Source: Pseudomonadota bacterium
GTDB taxonomy: Bacteria; Pseudomonadota; Alphaproteobacteria; Rhodobacterales; Rhodobacteraceae
NCBI GenBank assembly: GCA_039026235.1
Contig: JBCCMQ010000008.1
Location: 62,771-126,770 of the forward strand
DNA: 64,000 nt
Reading direction: 5' to 3'
The translations under genes were made by a program, and so were the position numbers. The first letter of the stretch is position 1; each line of letters starts with the position of its first letter. Below, one piece after another: positions 10,253-18,861 of the stretch. The notes beneath the pieces were generated by a model. The model ran no database searches and was not told the DNA's origin. It saw nothing but the letters and a program-made list of their open reading frames with translations.

Positions 10253-11560
10253 ATGCCTCGGACCTATCTCAAAAAAGCGATCCTCACATCCAAGTCGGAT
10301 GCCTCGCAGGTGCAGGAAACCGTCAAGGGCATCCTGTCCGATATTGAGGCCGGCGGCGATGCGGCCGCCTTGGAATACGCGAAAAAGTTCGACACCTACG
10401 AAGGCAACATCCTACTGACGCCGGACGAAATCGAGGCGGCATCGGCGCTTGTACCCGACAAGCTGAAGGCAGACATCGACTTTGCCCATGCCAATGTACG
10501 CCGCTTTGCCGAGGCGCAGAAGAAGACCGTGCCGGATGTCGAGGTTGAAATCATCCCGGGCGTCGTGGCGGGTCAGAAGGCGATCCCGGTCAGAGCGGCG
10601 GGTTGCTATGTGCCGGCAGGGCGATACAGCCACGTGGCCAGTGCGATCATGACCGTAACAACGGCCAAGGTGGCGGGCTGCAGCCATATCACGGCATGCT
10701 CACCGCCCCGGCCCGAAGGTTTTTTGACGCCCGCCATTGTCTATGCGGCCAAGGTTTGCGGTGCCGACACGATCATGGCCATGGGCGGGGTCCAGGGCGT
10801 CGCAGCCATGGCCTATGGTCTCTTCGGTCTGCCCAAGGCCAACATCCTGGTCGGGCCGGGCAATCAGTTTGTGGCCGAAGCGAAACGCCAGCTCTACGGC
10901 CGGGTGGGCATCGATATCATTGCCGGACCCACGGACAGCCTGATCCTGGCCGACGAAACCGCCGATGCCCATCTGGTCGCGACCGATTTGGTCAGCCAGG
11001 CCGAGCATGGTTATAACTCGCCCGTATGGCTGGTCACCGATCACCGCCCTCTTGGGGAAGACGTGCTGGCCCGGGTGCCCGACCTGATCGACGATCTGCC
11101 AGAGCTGAACCGTGAGAATGCCGCCGCTGCCTGGCGCGACTATGCCGAGATCATCGTCTGCGATGACCGCGAGGAAATGGCCCTGTGTTCGGACGACTAT
11201 GCGCCCGAGCACCTGACCGTCCAGGCACGTGATCTGGATTGGTGGCTTGGCAGGCTCAGTTGCTATGGGTCGCTGTTTCTGGGTGAGGAATCGACCGTGG
11301 CCTATGGCGACAAAGCGACCGGCACGAACCATGTTCTGCCCACATCCGGTGCGGCGAGCTACACTGGTGGGCTGAGCGTCCACAAGTACATGAAGATCGT
11401 GACCTGGCAGCGGGCCACGCGCGACGGTTCCAAGCCGATTGCCCTGGCGACGGCCCGGATTTCGCGGCTGGAAGGCATGGAAGCGCATGCGCGCGCCGCC
11501 GATGCACGGCTGGCCAAATATTTCCCCGGTGAGAACTTTGATCTGTCCGTTGGCAATTAG
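10253..11560 (+). CDS. histidinol dehydrogenase-family NAD oxidoreductase (paralog; possibly sulfopropanediol 3-dehydrogenase HpsN-like)
   Basis: 435 aa with HisD-family motifs (SQAEHG, GDKATGTNHVLPTSG). Its place in a TRAP/decarboxylase catabolic cluster, rather than a his operon, argues for a catabolic paralog. The family call is confident; the HpsN assignment is an inference. Confidence 0.8.
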   Translation: MPRTYLKKAILTSKSDASQVQETVKGILSDIEAGGDAAALEYAKKFDTYEGNILLTPDEIEAASALVPDKLKADIDFAHANVRRFAEAQKKTVPDVEVEIIPGVVAGQKAIPVRAAGCYVPAGRYSHVASAIMTVTTAKVAGCSHITACSPPRPEGFLTPAIVYAAKVCGADTIMAMGGVQGVAAMAYGLFGLPKANILVGPGNQFVAEAKRQLYGRVGIDIIAGPTDSLILADETADAHLVATDLVSQAEHGYNSPVWLVTDHRPLGEDVLARVPDLIDDLPELNRENAAAAWRDYAEIIVCDDREEMALCSDDYAPEHLTVQARDLDWWLGRLSCYGSLFLGEESTVAYGDKATGTNHVLPTSGAASYTGGLSVHKYMKIVTWQRATRDGSKPIALATARISRLEGMEAHARAADARLAKYFPGENFDLSVGN

Positions 11561-11644
11561 ACAACGGCATCCGCCGGCGAACGTCCGACGCGTTGAGCCG
11601 GGAGGCTGGGTCAGAACACGCGTCGCGGCGGAAGGCACGTACCG

Positions 11645-12625
11645 ATGAAAGCACTGGTCTACGGAGGCAGCGAAAGGCTCGACATTCAAACTGTGCCGGA
11701 CCCGCAACCGCAGGACGGCGAACAACTGATCCGCATCGAAGCCGTGGGCATCTGCGGCTCGGACATGCATGCCTACCTTGGGCACGACGAAAGGCGCCCG
11801 CCGCCGCTGATCCTGGGGCATGAAGCGGCCGGCGTGATTGTCGGGGGCGCCCGCGATGGTGACCGGGTCACGATCAATCCGCTGGTGACCTGTTGCGCAT
11901 GCGCCGCCTGTGCCAGCGGTCGGGAAAACCTGTGCCCGGACAGGCAGATTATCTCGATGCCGCCCCGCGAAGGGGCATTTGCACAGTTCGTTTGCATGCC
12001 CGAACGCAACATTGTCGGTATCCCCGACGACACATCGCTGCGTGTGGCAGCCCTGGCGGAACCCTTGGCTGTCGCGTGGCACGCTGTGCGCCGAGCGAAG
12101 GGTGCGTTGCACGAAAGCGCAGCCCGGCACGCTCTGATCCTGGGCGGTGGTGCCATCGGGCTGGCGGTGGCGCTTTGCCTGCAGGCGATGGGCTGGCAGG
12201 ACATCATGATCGCCGAACCCAACGACGCGCGCCGGAACACGCTTGAGGAACGTTGCCATCAACAGGTCTGTTCCGACCCGACGGGCCCCTATTCGTTGGT
12301 GATCGACGCCGTGGGCTACAAGGCAACCCGGGAAACGGCATCCCGTCTTGTCGAACCCGGCGGCGTTGTCATCCACGTTGGTCTGGGCGATGCGAACGGC
12401 GGCATCGATATCCGTCGGATGACACTGCAAGAGATCACGTTTATCGGAACCTACGCTTACACCGCGCAGGATTTCCGCGATACTGCACAGGCCATTTTTG
12501 ATGGCCGCCTGGGTCCCTTGGACTGGTATGAGCCGCGCCCGCTTGACGATGGGGCCACGGCCTTTGCCGATCTGCTGTCAAAACGCGTGGCTGCCCCAAA
12601 GATCATTCTGGAGCCCTGGGCCTGA
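11645..12625 (+). CDS. zinc-dependent medium-chain alcohol dehydrogenase
   Basis: 326 aa with the catalytic zinc motif GICGSDMHAYLGHDE...GHEAAG, the structural Cys cluster CCACAACASGRENLC and a Rossmann motif LGGGAIGLA. Confidence 0.8.
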   Translation: MKALVYGGSERLDIQTVPDPQPQDGEQLIRIEAVGICGSDMHAYLGHDERRPPPLILGHEAAGVIVGGARDGDRVTINPLVTCCACAACASGRENLCPDRQIISMPPREGAFAQFVCMPERNIVGIPDDTSLRVAALAEPLAVAWHAVRRAKGALHESAARHALILGGGAIGLAVALCLQAMGWQDIMIAEPNDARRNTLEERCHQQVCSDPTGPYSLVIDAVGYKATRETASRLVEPGGVVIHVGLGDANGGIDIRRMTLQEITFIGTYAYTAQDFRDTAQAIFDGRLGPLDWYEPRPLDDGATAFADLLSKRVAAPKIILEPWA

Positions 12626-12649
12626 GAGAAAAGAGAGCTGGAGGATAGG

Positions 12650-13060
12650 ATGTACACGAAAATAGTCGTTCCAATGGCACTCGATCACGGTCTTTCACCG
12701 GTGACGCTTGCGGTGGCGGAAAAACTCCTCAGCGACGATGGCCAGATCATTGCCCTTCATGTCTATGACCTGCCGGAAAGCGCCGCCAAGGCGGTGCTCG
12801 ACAAGTCCATGCTGGAAGAAGGCTTTGCGCGCGCGCACAGTCTTCTGCACGAAAAGACCGCGGGCTACAGCAATGTCAGCGCAAGGATCGTCCGGGGCCA
12901 CACCTATCGTTCGATTGTGGACGAGGCCGCGAAAGAGGATGCAGACTGCATCGTCATGGGATCCCACCGTCCGGGGCTAAGCGACTATCTGCTGGGATCG
13001 ACATCAGCCCGGGTCGTCCGCCACGCGCCCTGCGCGGTGCACGTCTGCCGGGGGACATGA
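12650..13060 (+). CDS. universal stress protein (UspA family)
   Basis: 136 aa with the C-terminal Usp ATP-binding motif IVMGSHRPGLSDYLLGSTSARVVRHAPCAV. Confidence 0.8.
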   Translation: MYTKIVVPMALDHGLSPVTLAVAEKLLSDDGQIIALHVYDLPESAAKAVLDKSMLEEGFARAHSLLHEKTAGYSNVSARIVRGHTYRSIVDEAAKEDADCIVMGSHRPGLSDYLLGSTSARVVRHAPCAVHVCRGT

Positions 13061-13106
13061 TGCAAGCCCGGAACAGCGCAGAAAATCAAAAAAGGGCCGC
13101 CAAGAC

Positions 13107-13613
13107 ATGAACATCGACAAAAAGGTCGCCGATGATCTGATTGCCAATGACATCAGCTTTGTGACGACCGTGCCATGCAAACAGCTTGCCGGTGTGATCG
13201 CCGAGATCGATGAGCGCGATGATATCTACCACATCCCGTCGAACAAAGAAGACGAAGGCATGGGGCTATGCGCCGGCGCTTTCATGGGGGGCAAACGCCC
13301 GGCCATCATTATGCAGAACACGGCGTTGGGTGTGACGATCAACACTCTGGCGACGCTCATCCAGTACTACCGGATGCCGCTTCCGATGATCATCTCATAC
13401 CGTGGCGAATTGCGAGAGCCGATTGCCTGCCAGGTCGAAATGGCAGTTCATACAAAGGCGCTTCTCGCTCAGCTAAATATCCCGACCTACCACTTTCACC
13501 GGCAATCGGATGTCGAAGAGCTGGATATGATCCTGAAATACACATTCATGTGCCGCAAACCGGTGGCCGTTCTGACCGATGCCAATTTCTGGGGAGGCTA
13601 TGGCGACCAATGA
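13107..13613 (+). CDS. comD: ThDP-dependent sulfopyruvate (or phosphonopyruvate) decarboxylase, alpha subunit
   Basis: 168 aa N-terminal (PYR) ThDP domain, with SNKEDEGMGLCAGAFMGG and a catalytic Glu context. It overlaps the beta-subunit start (ATGA at 13610-13613). Confidence 0.7.
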   Translation: MNIDKKVADDLIANDISFVTTVPCKQLAGVIAEIDERDDIYHIPSNKEDEGMGLCAGAFMGGKRPAIIMQNTALGVTINTLATLIQYYRMPLPMIISYRGELREPIACQVEMAVHTKALLAQLNIPTYHFHRQSDVEELDMILKYTFMCRKPVAVLTDANFWGGYGDQ

Positions 13614-14164
13614 TCCGCTCGGAAGTTCTGAAAGAAATCGCCCCGATCCTTCGAGACCAGCTGGTGGTCTGCAACATTGGCATTCCCAGCCAGGAACTGC
13701 ATGCGATCGACGACCAGCCAACCAATTTCTACATGCTCGGCACCATGGGTCTGGCATCGTCCATCGGTCTGGGTCTGGCGCTGGCCCAACCCAAGCCTGT
13801 GATCGCCATCGACGGCGATGGATCGGTCCTGACGAACCTTGGGACGTTGCCGACCATCGCCAACAATGTGGCGGACAACTACATCCTCTTGATTGTCGAC
13901 AACGGTTCTTATGGTTCGACCGGCGACCAGCCCACCTATACCGGCAAGAAAACCTCTCTGGCCGGAATGGCACAGGCGGCCGGATGTGAACATGTCGTCG
14001 AATGCAGGGCTGAAGATACCGGGCCGGTTCTTCAGGCAGCGCTCGATGCCGGGCAGATGACCATCATCATCTGCAAGTGTGAAAGCGGCAATGCGAAGAT
14101 GCCGGTGATCGAGATGGATCCGGTGACCATACGCGACCGGTTTATGGGCGCCGTCAAAGCCTAG
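13610..14164 (+). CDS. comE: ThDP-dependent sulfopyruvate (or phosphonopyruvate) decarboxylase, beta subunit
   Basis: An internal ATG at 13610 in ORF 13268-14164 gives a 184-aa protein, MIRSEVLKE.... The ThDP-binding motif is IDGDGSVLTNLGTL...IVDNGSYGSTG. The longer ORF extension overlaps comD in another frame and is not credible. Confidence 0.7.
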   Translation: MIRSEVLKEIAPILRDQLVVCNIGIPSQELHAIDDQPTNFYMLGTMGLASSIGLGLALAQPKPVIAIDGDGSVLTNLGTLPTIANNVADNYILLIVDNGSYGSTGDQPTYTGKKTSLAGMAQAAGCEHVVECRAEDTGPVLQAALDAGQMTIIICKCESGNAKMPVIEMDPVTIRDRFMGAVKA

Positions 14165-14275
14165 CGGCCAGCGACGAACCAACTGGCGGCGGGATTTTGC
14201 CAATACCTTACAGTCGGCGGCCCGTGCGCGCGCGTCGTCACATTTTCGCCCCAAAAGAATCCGAATTTCCCAAAG

Positions 14276-15085
14276 GTGGGGACCGTAAAGGAAGCGCCGG
14301 TGCGAAGCTCTGTTCTCATTCCCTCAGTCGGTGCAGGCGTGGCTTTTGTCGCCGCCACCGACGCCCTTTTGGGCGTGGGGGCGGTCGATCTGCTTTTGGA
14401 GCTTTGCCTGTCGGACCCGGAATCCGACGCCAAAATGCCCGAATTGCCCATGAAACACGGTACCGGCAGTGTGCCCTATCTTGCGACGGGCGCCGCTCTG
14501 TCATCGGCCGCCCTGTTCTCGATGTGGCGCCAGGACGTCGAACCCGTCACCTGTCAGACCGCCCCGCCGCAAGAGGCCGAATTCGGCCTTTTGTCGGCCC
14601 TGGCGATCCTGGCGAACCTAAGCCCGAAATACGGTCCAGAAGACATCGTGGATTCCTACACGCGCTGGACCGGTCAACCACTGGATCTTGAACAGGCAAC
14701 GGCGTCTTATGACCTGTTTTCACCGGACACGCTTGAAGACGACATCGACCTTTTCGGTGGCGTCGTCGATTTAGCCGAACGCGCCCGGATCATCTGCGCC
14801 GCGCTGGACTTTCCACGCTACAGCGATGATCCGGCCAAGATGTTCAGGGTGATCGACGCCATCGCGAACGCCATGAACATGGGTCTCGCTGAGATCGCTC
14901 AGCTTTGGGCACTGAACCGCCCCGACGCCGATCACAACCACACCGTGCCACGCAGGCGCCCGTCGGATCTGGCGCCCTTTCTTCTGGTTCTGACGCTTGT
15001 TGTCGGCACCTGGCGCGCCCAATTGCAGCGTTGGCTTGACGAATTGCGCATAAGTACGCCGAAATTCTGGAGAACCTCGCAATGA
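14276..15085 (+). CDS. hypothetical protein (start uncertain), coupled to SCO1 gene
   Basis: 269-aa ORF with no motif I recognise. Its stop overlaps the SCO start (ATGA at 15082-15085), which suggests co-translation. Internal Met codons (MPELPMKHG) are alternative starts. Confidence 0.35.
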   Translation: MGTVKEAPVRSSVLIPSVGAGVAFVAATDALLGVGAVDLLLELCLSDPESDAKMPELPMKHGTGSVPYLATGAALSSAALFSMWRQDVEPVTCQTAPPQEAEFGLLSALAILANLSPKYGPEDIVDSYTRWTGQPLDLEQATASYDLFSPDTLEDDIDLFGGVVDLAERARIICAALDFPRYSDDPAKMFRVIDAIANAMNMGLAEIAQLWALNRPDADHNHTVPRRRPSDLAPFLLVLTLVVGTWRAQLQRWLDELRISTPKFWRTSQ

Positions 15086-15696
15086 ACCGGAAGATACTTT
15101 TGGCCGGCGCCGTTCTCTTTGCCGGAACCGCGGGTGCCCTTGCATTGTCCTATGTCGCTTCGCCGCGCGATCCCTTCGCCAGTTGCCGCGACAACAACAT
15201 GGTCGACTATGCCGAGATTGGTGGCCCTTTCACGCTGACCGACGAGACCGGAGCGACCGTCCGCGACAGCGATATCGTGGATCGGCCGACCCTTCTTTAC
15301 ATCGGCTACACCTTTTGTCCGGACGTGTGCCCGCTGGACAATATGCGCAACGCTGACGCGCTTTACCTGTTGGCCGAACGCGGTGTCGATGCGCGGGCGG
15401 TTTTTGTCTCGGTCGACCCCGCGCGCGACACGCCCGAGGTGCTGGCTGATTTTACCGACTTCTTCCATCCCGAAATGATCGGACTAACTGGAGAGCAAGA
15501 CAGCATTGCCAGAATGGCCGACGCCTATCACGCCGTGTACGAGTTTCGTGAAAGTGACGATGAATACTATCTGATCGATCATTCGACCTATACCTATGTG
15601 ATCCTGCCCGGGCACGGTGTCGTAGAACTGGTGGCGCGTGATGACGCGGCCGAAGATGTTGCGGCCCTTACCCAGTGTCTGGCGGATCGCGCCTGA
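15082..15696 (+). CDS. SCO1/SenC-family copper chaperone (thioredoxin fold)
   Basis: 204 aa with a signal/anchor sequence and the copper-binding CPDVCP motif plus the downstream DHS motif (LIDHSTYTYV). Confidence 0.85.
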   Translation: MNRKILLAGAVLFAGTAGALALSYVASPRDPFASCRDNNMVDYAEIGGPFTLTDETGATVRDSDIVDRPTLLYIGYTFCPDVCPLDNMRNADALYLLAERGVDARAVFVSVDPARDTPEVLADFTDFFHPEMIGLTGEQDSIARMADAYHAVYEFRESDDEYYLIDHSTYTYVILPGHGVVELVARDDAAEDVAALTQCLADRA

Positions 15697-15726
15697 CCTG
15701 TGACCGAGACTTCAAAGGAAGAAGCC

Positions 15727-16164
15727 ATGAAATTTTCCGGCATTGCCACCTCAATCGCGCTGGTTCTTGGAACGTGTTCCGCGGCCTTTGCCCAGGACAT
15801 CACTATCGAAGATCCTTTTGCCCGGGCGTCTTCGCCGGCTGCCAAAAGCGGAGCAGCCTTCATGGTGATTGCCAATGCGGGCGATGAAGACGACCGTTTG
15901 ATCGCCGCCGAAAGCGATGTGGCAGCGCGGGTCGAGCTGCATACCCACATGCAGGACGCAAATGGCGTGATGCGGATGATCGAAGTCGAAGACGGTATGG
16001 CCGTTCCAGCCGGTGGCAGCCACGCGCTTGAGCGTGGTGGAGATCACGTCATGTTCATGGGTCTCACAGGTCCGTTCGTACAAGGCGAGACGGTTTCCGT
16101 CACACTGATATTTGAGAAAGCCGGCCCGATCTCAGTCGACATTCCCATCGACCTGAACCGCTGA
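15727..16164 (+). CDS. periplasmic copper chaperone PCu(A)C (DUF461)
   Basis: ATG at 15727 is preceded by AAGGAAG. It has a signal peptide, then the H(M)X10MX21HXM-type motif region (ELHTHMQDANGVMRMIEV...GGDHVMFMGL). It follows SCO1, which is the canonical pairing. Confidence 0.8.
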   Translation: MKFSGIATSIALVLGTCSAAFAQDITIEDPFARASSPAAKSGAAFMVIANAGDEDDRLIAAESDVAARVELHTHMQDANGVMRMIEVEDGMAVPAGGSHALERGGDHVMFMGLTGPFVQGETVSVTLIFEKAGPISVDIPIDLNR

Positions 16165-16351
16165 TCCAGCGCATTCTCATCCGTAGCTTAAATCGGGTTG
16201 GGCGGCTGTTTGCGCAAAGTACGATCACGTAGTCGCAAAGCGTGTCGATCGAAGAGCCCCCGTCCGCAACTAGCCAAAATACGAAAATGGCGGTAGTCTG
16301 ACAGTATATTTGAAGTGCACATCCTATGAGTTCTGTCTTGAGGGTATAGAT

Positions 16352-17032
16352 ATGATCAGACTTTCAGCGCTCGTTTCCCTGGCGATTTTTCTGGCGACAA
16401 CGGCCGTTGCATCAACGATCCCGCCCAGCTTATGCGAAAGGGATTTCTGTTTCGACGACCGCATTTTCACAATCGGTGAGTTCGGTGGCAGAACTTATGT
16501 GCACGTCGATTATGAGTTTGGAGACGAGGCCACTTTCTTCGAGGCGGCGACGGCGGCGGAGTCTATGTCCGTTGGTTCAGCCCCCGGAGACCTTGTCGAC
16601 ATACTGTCTTCGAACGATCAGGCCGAAGTCGAAAACGTGGTCAGTGCCTTCGGCTTGTCGAGCGACATCTGGATCGGCCTGTTCGATGCCGACGGGATGC
16701 CAATCTGGCAATGGACAACTGGCGCCGCCAGTTTTTATTCTAACTGGGCCTTTAGCGAACCGGACCTGACGAGCAACATATGCGCGGTCATAGACCCCGA
16801 TCTCGGTGGGGAATGGGAATCAGAGAGCTGTACCAACACCAACAATTATCTGGTTGAGTTTGACGCTGACATCATGCTGGGCACGACTGTGGACCTGGGA
16901 CTGGGCTTTGAGATCGAGTTCACCAGAGACGGCTGGACACCGGTTGTGCATCCTATCCCGCTTCCCGGGGCGGCATTTCTGATGATTGCCGGGTTTGCAT
17001 CCTTGGCTGCGGTCAGGAGAGCCAAGCGCTAA
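16352..17032 (+). CDS. secreted C-type lectin-like domain protein with VPLPA-CTERM sorting signal
   Basis: ATG at 16352 gives a signal peptide (MIRLSALVSLAIFLATTAVAS). The CTLD-like core is WIGLFDADG..WQWTTG...YSNWAFSEPD...CAVI...WESESC. The C-terminus, IPLPGAAFLMIAGFASLAAVRRAKR, matches the VPLPA-CTERM pattern (motif, TM helix, basic tail). Confidence 0.6.
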   Translation: MIRLSALVSLAIFLATTAVASTIPPSLCERDFCFDDRIFTIGEFGGRTYVHVDYEFGDEATFFEAATAAESMSVGSAPGDLVDILSSNDQAEVENVVSAFGLSSDIWIGLFDADGMPIWQWTTGAASFYSNWAFSEPDLTSNICAVIDPDLGGEWESESCTNTNNYLVEFDADIMLGTTVDLGLGFEIEFTRDGWTPVVHPIPLPGAAFLMIAGFASLAAVRRAKR

Positions 17033-17131
17033 ACCTCGCCGGCCGACTTCGTAAGAGCCTGCGCCTTGCGAGGCAAAGATGTCGATTGCGACGACTGAAG
17101 CCTACAAAGTGGTGTCACCACCACTAGGTCA

Positions 17132-18709
17132 ATGCGCATGCAGTCGCGTAGACATCCATCCACTTCAGCCGTCCAGCTCGTTTGGTTCAAGCGGGACCTG
17201 CGCGTTCAGGACCATCGTGTACTGGCACGGGCCGCGAAAGAAGGCGACGTCCTTCCGATTTACGTTGTCGAACCGGACCTCTGGAAACAGTCCGATATGT
17301 CCGGACGGCAGTGGGCATTCGTGCGCGAGTGCCTTGTCGACCTAAGGGACCAACTGGGCGCCTTGGGACAGCCACTGGTGGTGCGGCGTGGAGACGTGAC
17401 CGACGTATTCGACGAACTCAACCGCGCATTTGGTGTTGCTGCTTTGTGGTCGCACGAAGAGACAGGCAATGACTGGACCTACAGACGCGACAAGCGCGTT
17501 GCCGATTGGTGCCGCGACAAGGGTATCGCGTGGCATGAGATCCAACAGAACGGAACCCAGCGTCGCCTGAAGAACCGGGATGGTTGGGCAAAGGCTTGGG
17601 ACGCATATATGGCGGAGCCCCAGACCGAACCGCCCCTACTACGGCCACTGTCTGATATTGCAGCCAATGACATCCCAACTTCACGTGATCTCGGCCTTGC
17701 CGAAGATTATTGCCCCGGACGTCAGGCGGGCGGGCGGGACGCGGGGCTAGAGCGTCTGGAGTCTTTTCTCCTAGAACGCGGCCGGAACTATCGGTCAGAC
17801 ATGTCGAGCCCGCTTGCCGGTGCGACCTCTTGTTCGCGTATTTCACCGTATCTGGCGTGGGGGTCGCTCTCGATGAGAGAGGTCGCGCAAAGGAGCTGGG
17901 CAAGGCAGCGCACGCTCAAACAAATGCCCAAGGCAAGCAGTCGCACTTGGCGCGGTTCACTGACGTCATTTTCCGGGCGGCTTCATTGGCATTGTCATTT
18001 CATCCAGAAGCTCGAAGACGAACCGCGGCTAGAGCGCGAGGATCTGCATCCCGCCTATGCCGGTTTGCGCCCGCTTGAACCGGATGCCGAACGGCTGGCC
18101 GCCTGGGCAAAGGGCGAGACCGGTTTGCCCTTTGTCGATGCTTGCATGCGTTCGCTCGCGGCGACGGGTTGGTTGAATTTTCGCATGCGGGCAATGGTCA
18201 CGGCTACGGCGAGCTATCATCTTTGGCTCGATTGGCGCAAACCGGGCGAACACCTGGCGCGGCAGTTTACCGACTATGAACCGGGTATCCACTGGCCCCA
18301 GGTTCAGATGCAATCGGGCACGACGGGCATTAACACGGTCCGTATCTATAATCCCGTCAAGCAAGGATATGATCAGGATCCCGACGGGCAGTTTGTGCGC
18401 CGCTGGGTCCCAGAACTCGACGGCATTGACCCCGAGCACTTGCAAGAGCCTTGGAAGGCCGCGAACGCCAGCGAGATCATGGGAAAGATCTATCCGTTCC
18501 CAATCGTTGATCACCTGGCCGCCGCGAAAGAAGCGCGCCAAAAAATCTGGGCTGTCAGACGTGGCAGTGAGTTTCGCAGCCAGGCAAAAGCCATTCAGCA
18601 AAAGCACGGGAGCCGGAAAAGCGGCATTCCCACGCGCGGCCGGAGCCCCTCGAAAAAACCAAACGGTGATCAGCTCAGTCTTGCGCTTGGTCCGGCGGGC
18701 ACACCGTGA
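17132..18709 (+). CDS. cryptochrome/photolyase-family FAD protein
   Basis: 525 aa with an N-terminal alpha/beta domain (LVWFKRDLRVQDHRVLARA) and an FAD-binding domain (SRISPYLAWGSLSMREV, RLHWHCHFIQKLEDEP, WLNFRMRAMV). The subclass cannot be assigned from sequence alone. Confidence 0.8.
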   Translation: MRMQSRRHPSTSAVQLVWFKRDLRVQDHRVLARAAKEGDVLPIYVVEPDLWKQSDMSGRQWAFVRECLVDLRDQLGALGQPLVVRRGDVTDVFDELNRAFGVAALWSHEETGNDWTYRRDKRVADWCRDKGIAWHEIQQNGTQRRLKNRDGWAKAWDAYMAEPQTEPPLLRPLSDIAANDIPTSRDLGLAEDYCPGRQAGGRDAGLERLESFLLERGRNYRSDMSSPLAGATSCSRISPYLAWGSLSMREVAQRSWARQRTLKQMPKASSRTWRGSLTSFSGRLHWHCHFIQKLEDEPRLEREDLHPAYAGLRPLEPDAERLAAWAKGETGLPFVDACMRSLAATGWLNFRMRAMVTATASYHLWLDWRKPGEHLARQFTDYEPGIHWPQVQMQSGTTGINTVRIYNPVKQGYDQDPDGQFVRRWVPELDGIDPEHLQEPWKAANASEIMGKIYPFPIVDHLAAAKEARQKIWAVRRGSEFRSQAKAIQQKHGSRKSGIPTRGRSPSKKPNGDQLSLALGPAGTP

Positions 18710-18861
18710 AAACGAAGCGAAAAGCCGATCTGCCGACCAAGACATGTGCGGCCTGCGCGCGCCCGTTTTCGTGGCGCAGAAAGTGGGCGAAGGTCTGGGA
18801 TGAAGTGCGCTACTGCTCTGAAAGGTGCAGGCGCTCTGCCAAGTCGGGGGACCGCGCTTGA
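18706..18861 (+). CDS. DUF2256 zinc-ribbon small protein (51 aa; absent from the ORF track because it is under 60 aa)
   Basis: A GTG at 18706 overlaps the photolyase stop (GTGA). The translation is VKTKRKADLPTKTCAACARPFSWRKKWAKVWDEVRYCSERCRRSAKSGDRA, with CxxC...CxxxC spacing and the RKKW..WDEV.YCS.RC pattern of DUF2256. That family is commonly linked to photolyase genes. Confidence 0.7.
   Translation: MKTKRKADLPTKTCAACARPFSWRRKWAKVWDEVRYCSERCRRSAKSGDRA

Noticed and set aside
10700-12430. 576-aa minus-strand ORF
   Set aside because: It is fully antisense to the HisD-family and Zn-ADH genes, which have clear catalytic motifs. It has no recognisable motif and a shadow-ORF composition.
13268-13609. 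N-terminal extension of the ORF containing the decarboxylase beta subunit
   Set aside because: The extension overlaps comD in another frame. The ATG at 13610 forms an ATGA coupling with the comD stop and gives a protein of the expected length.
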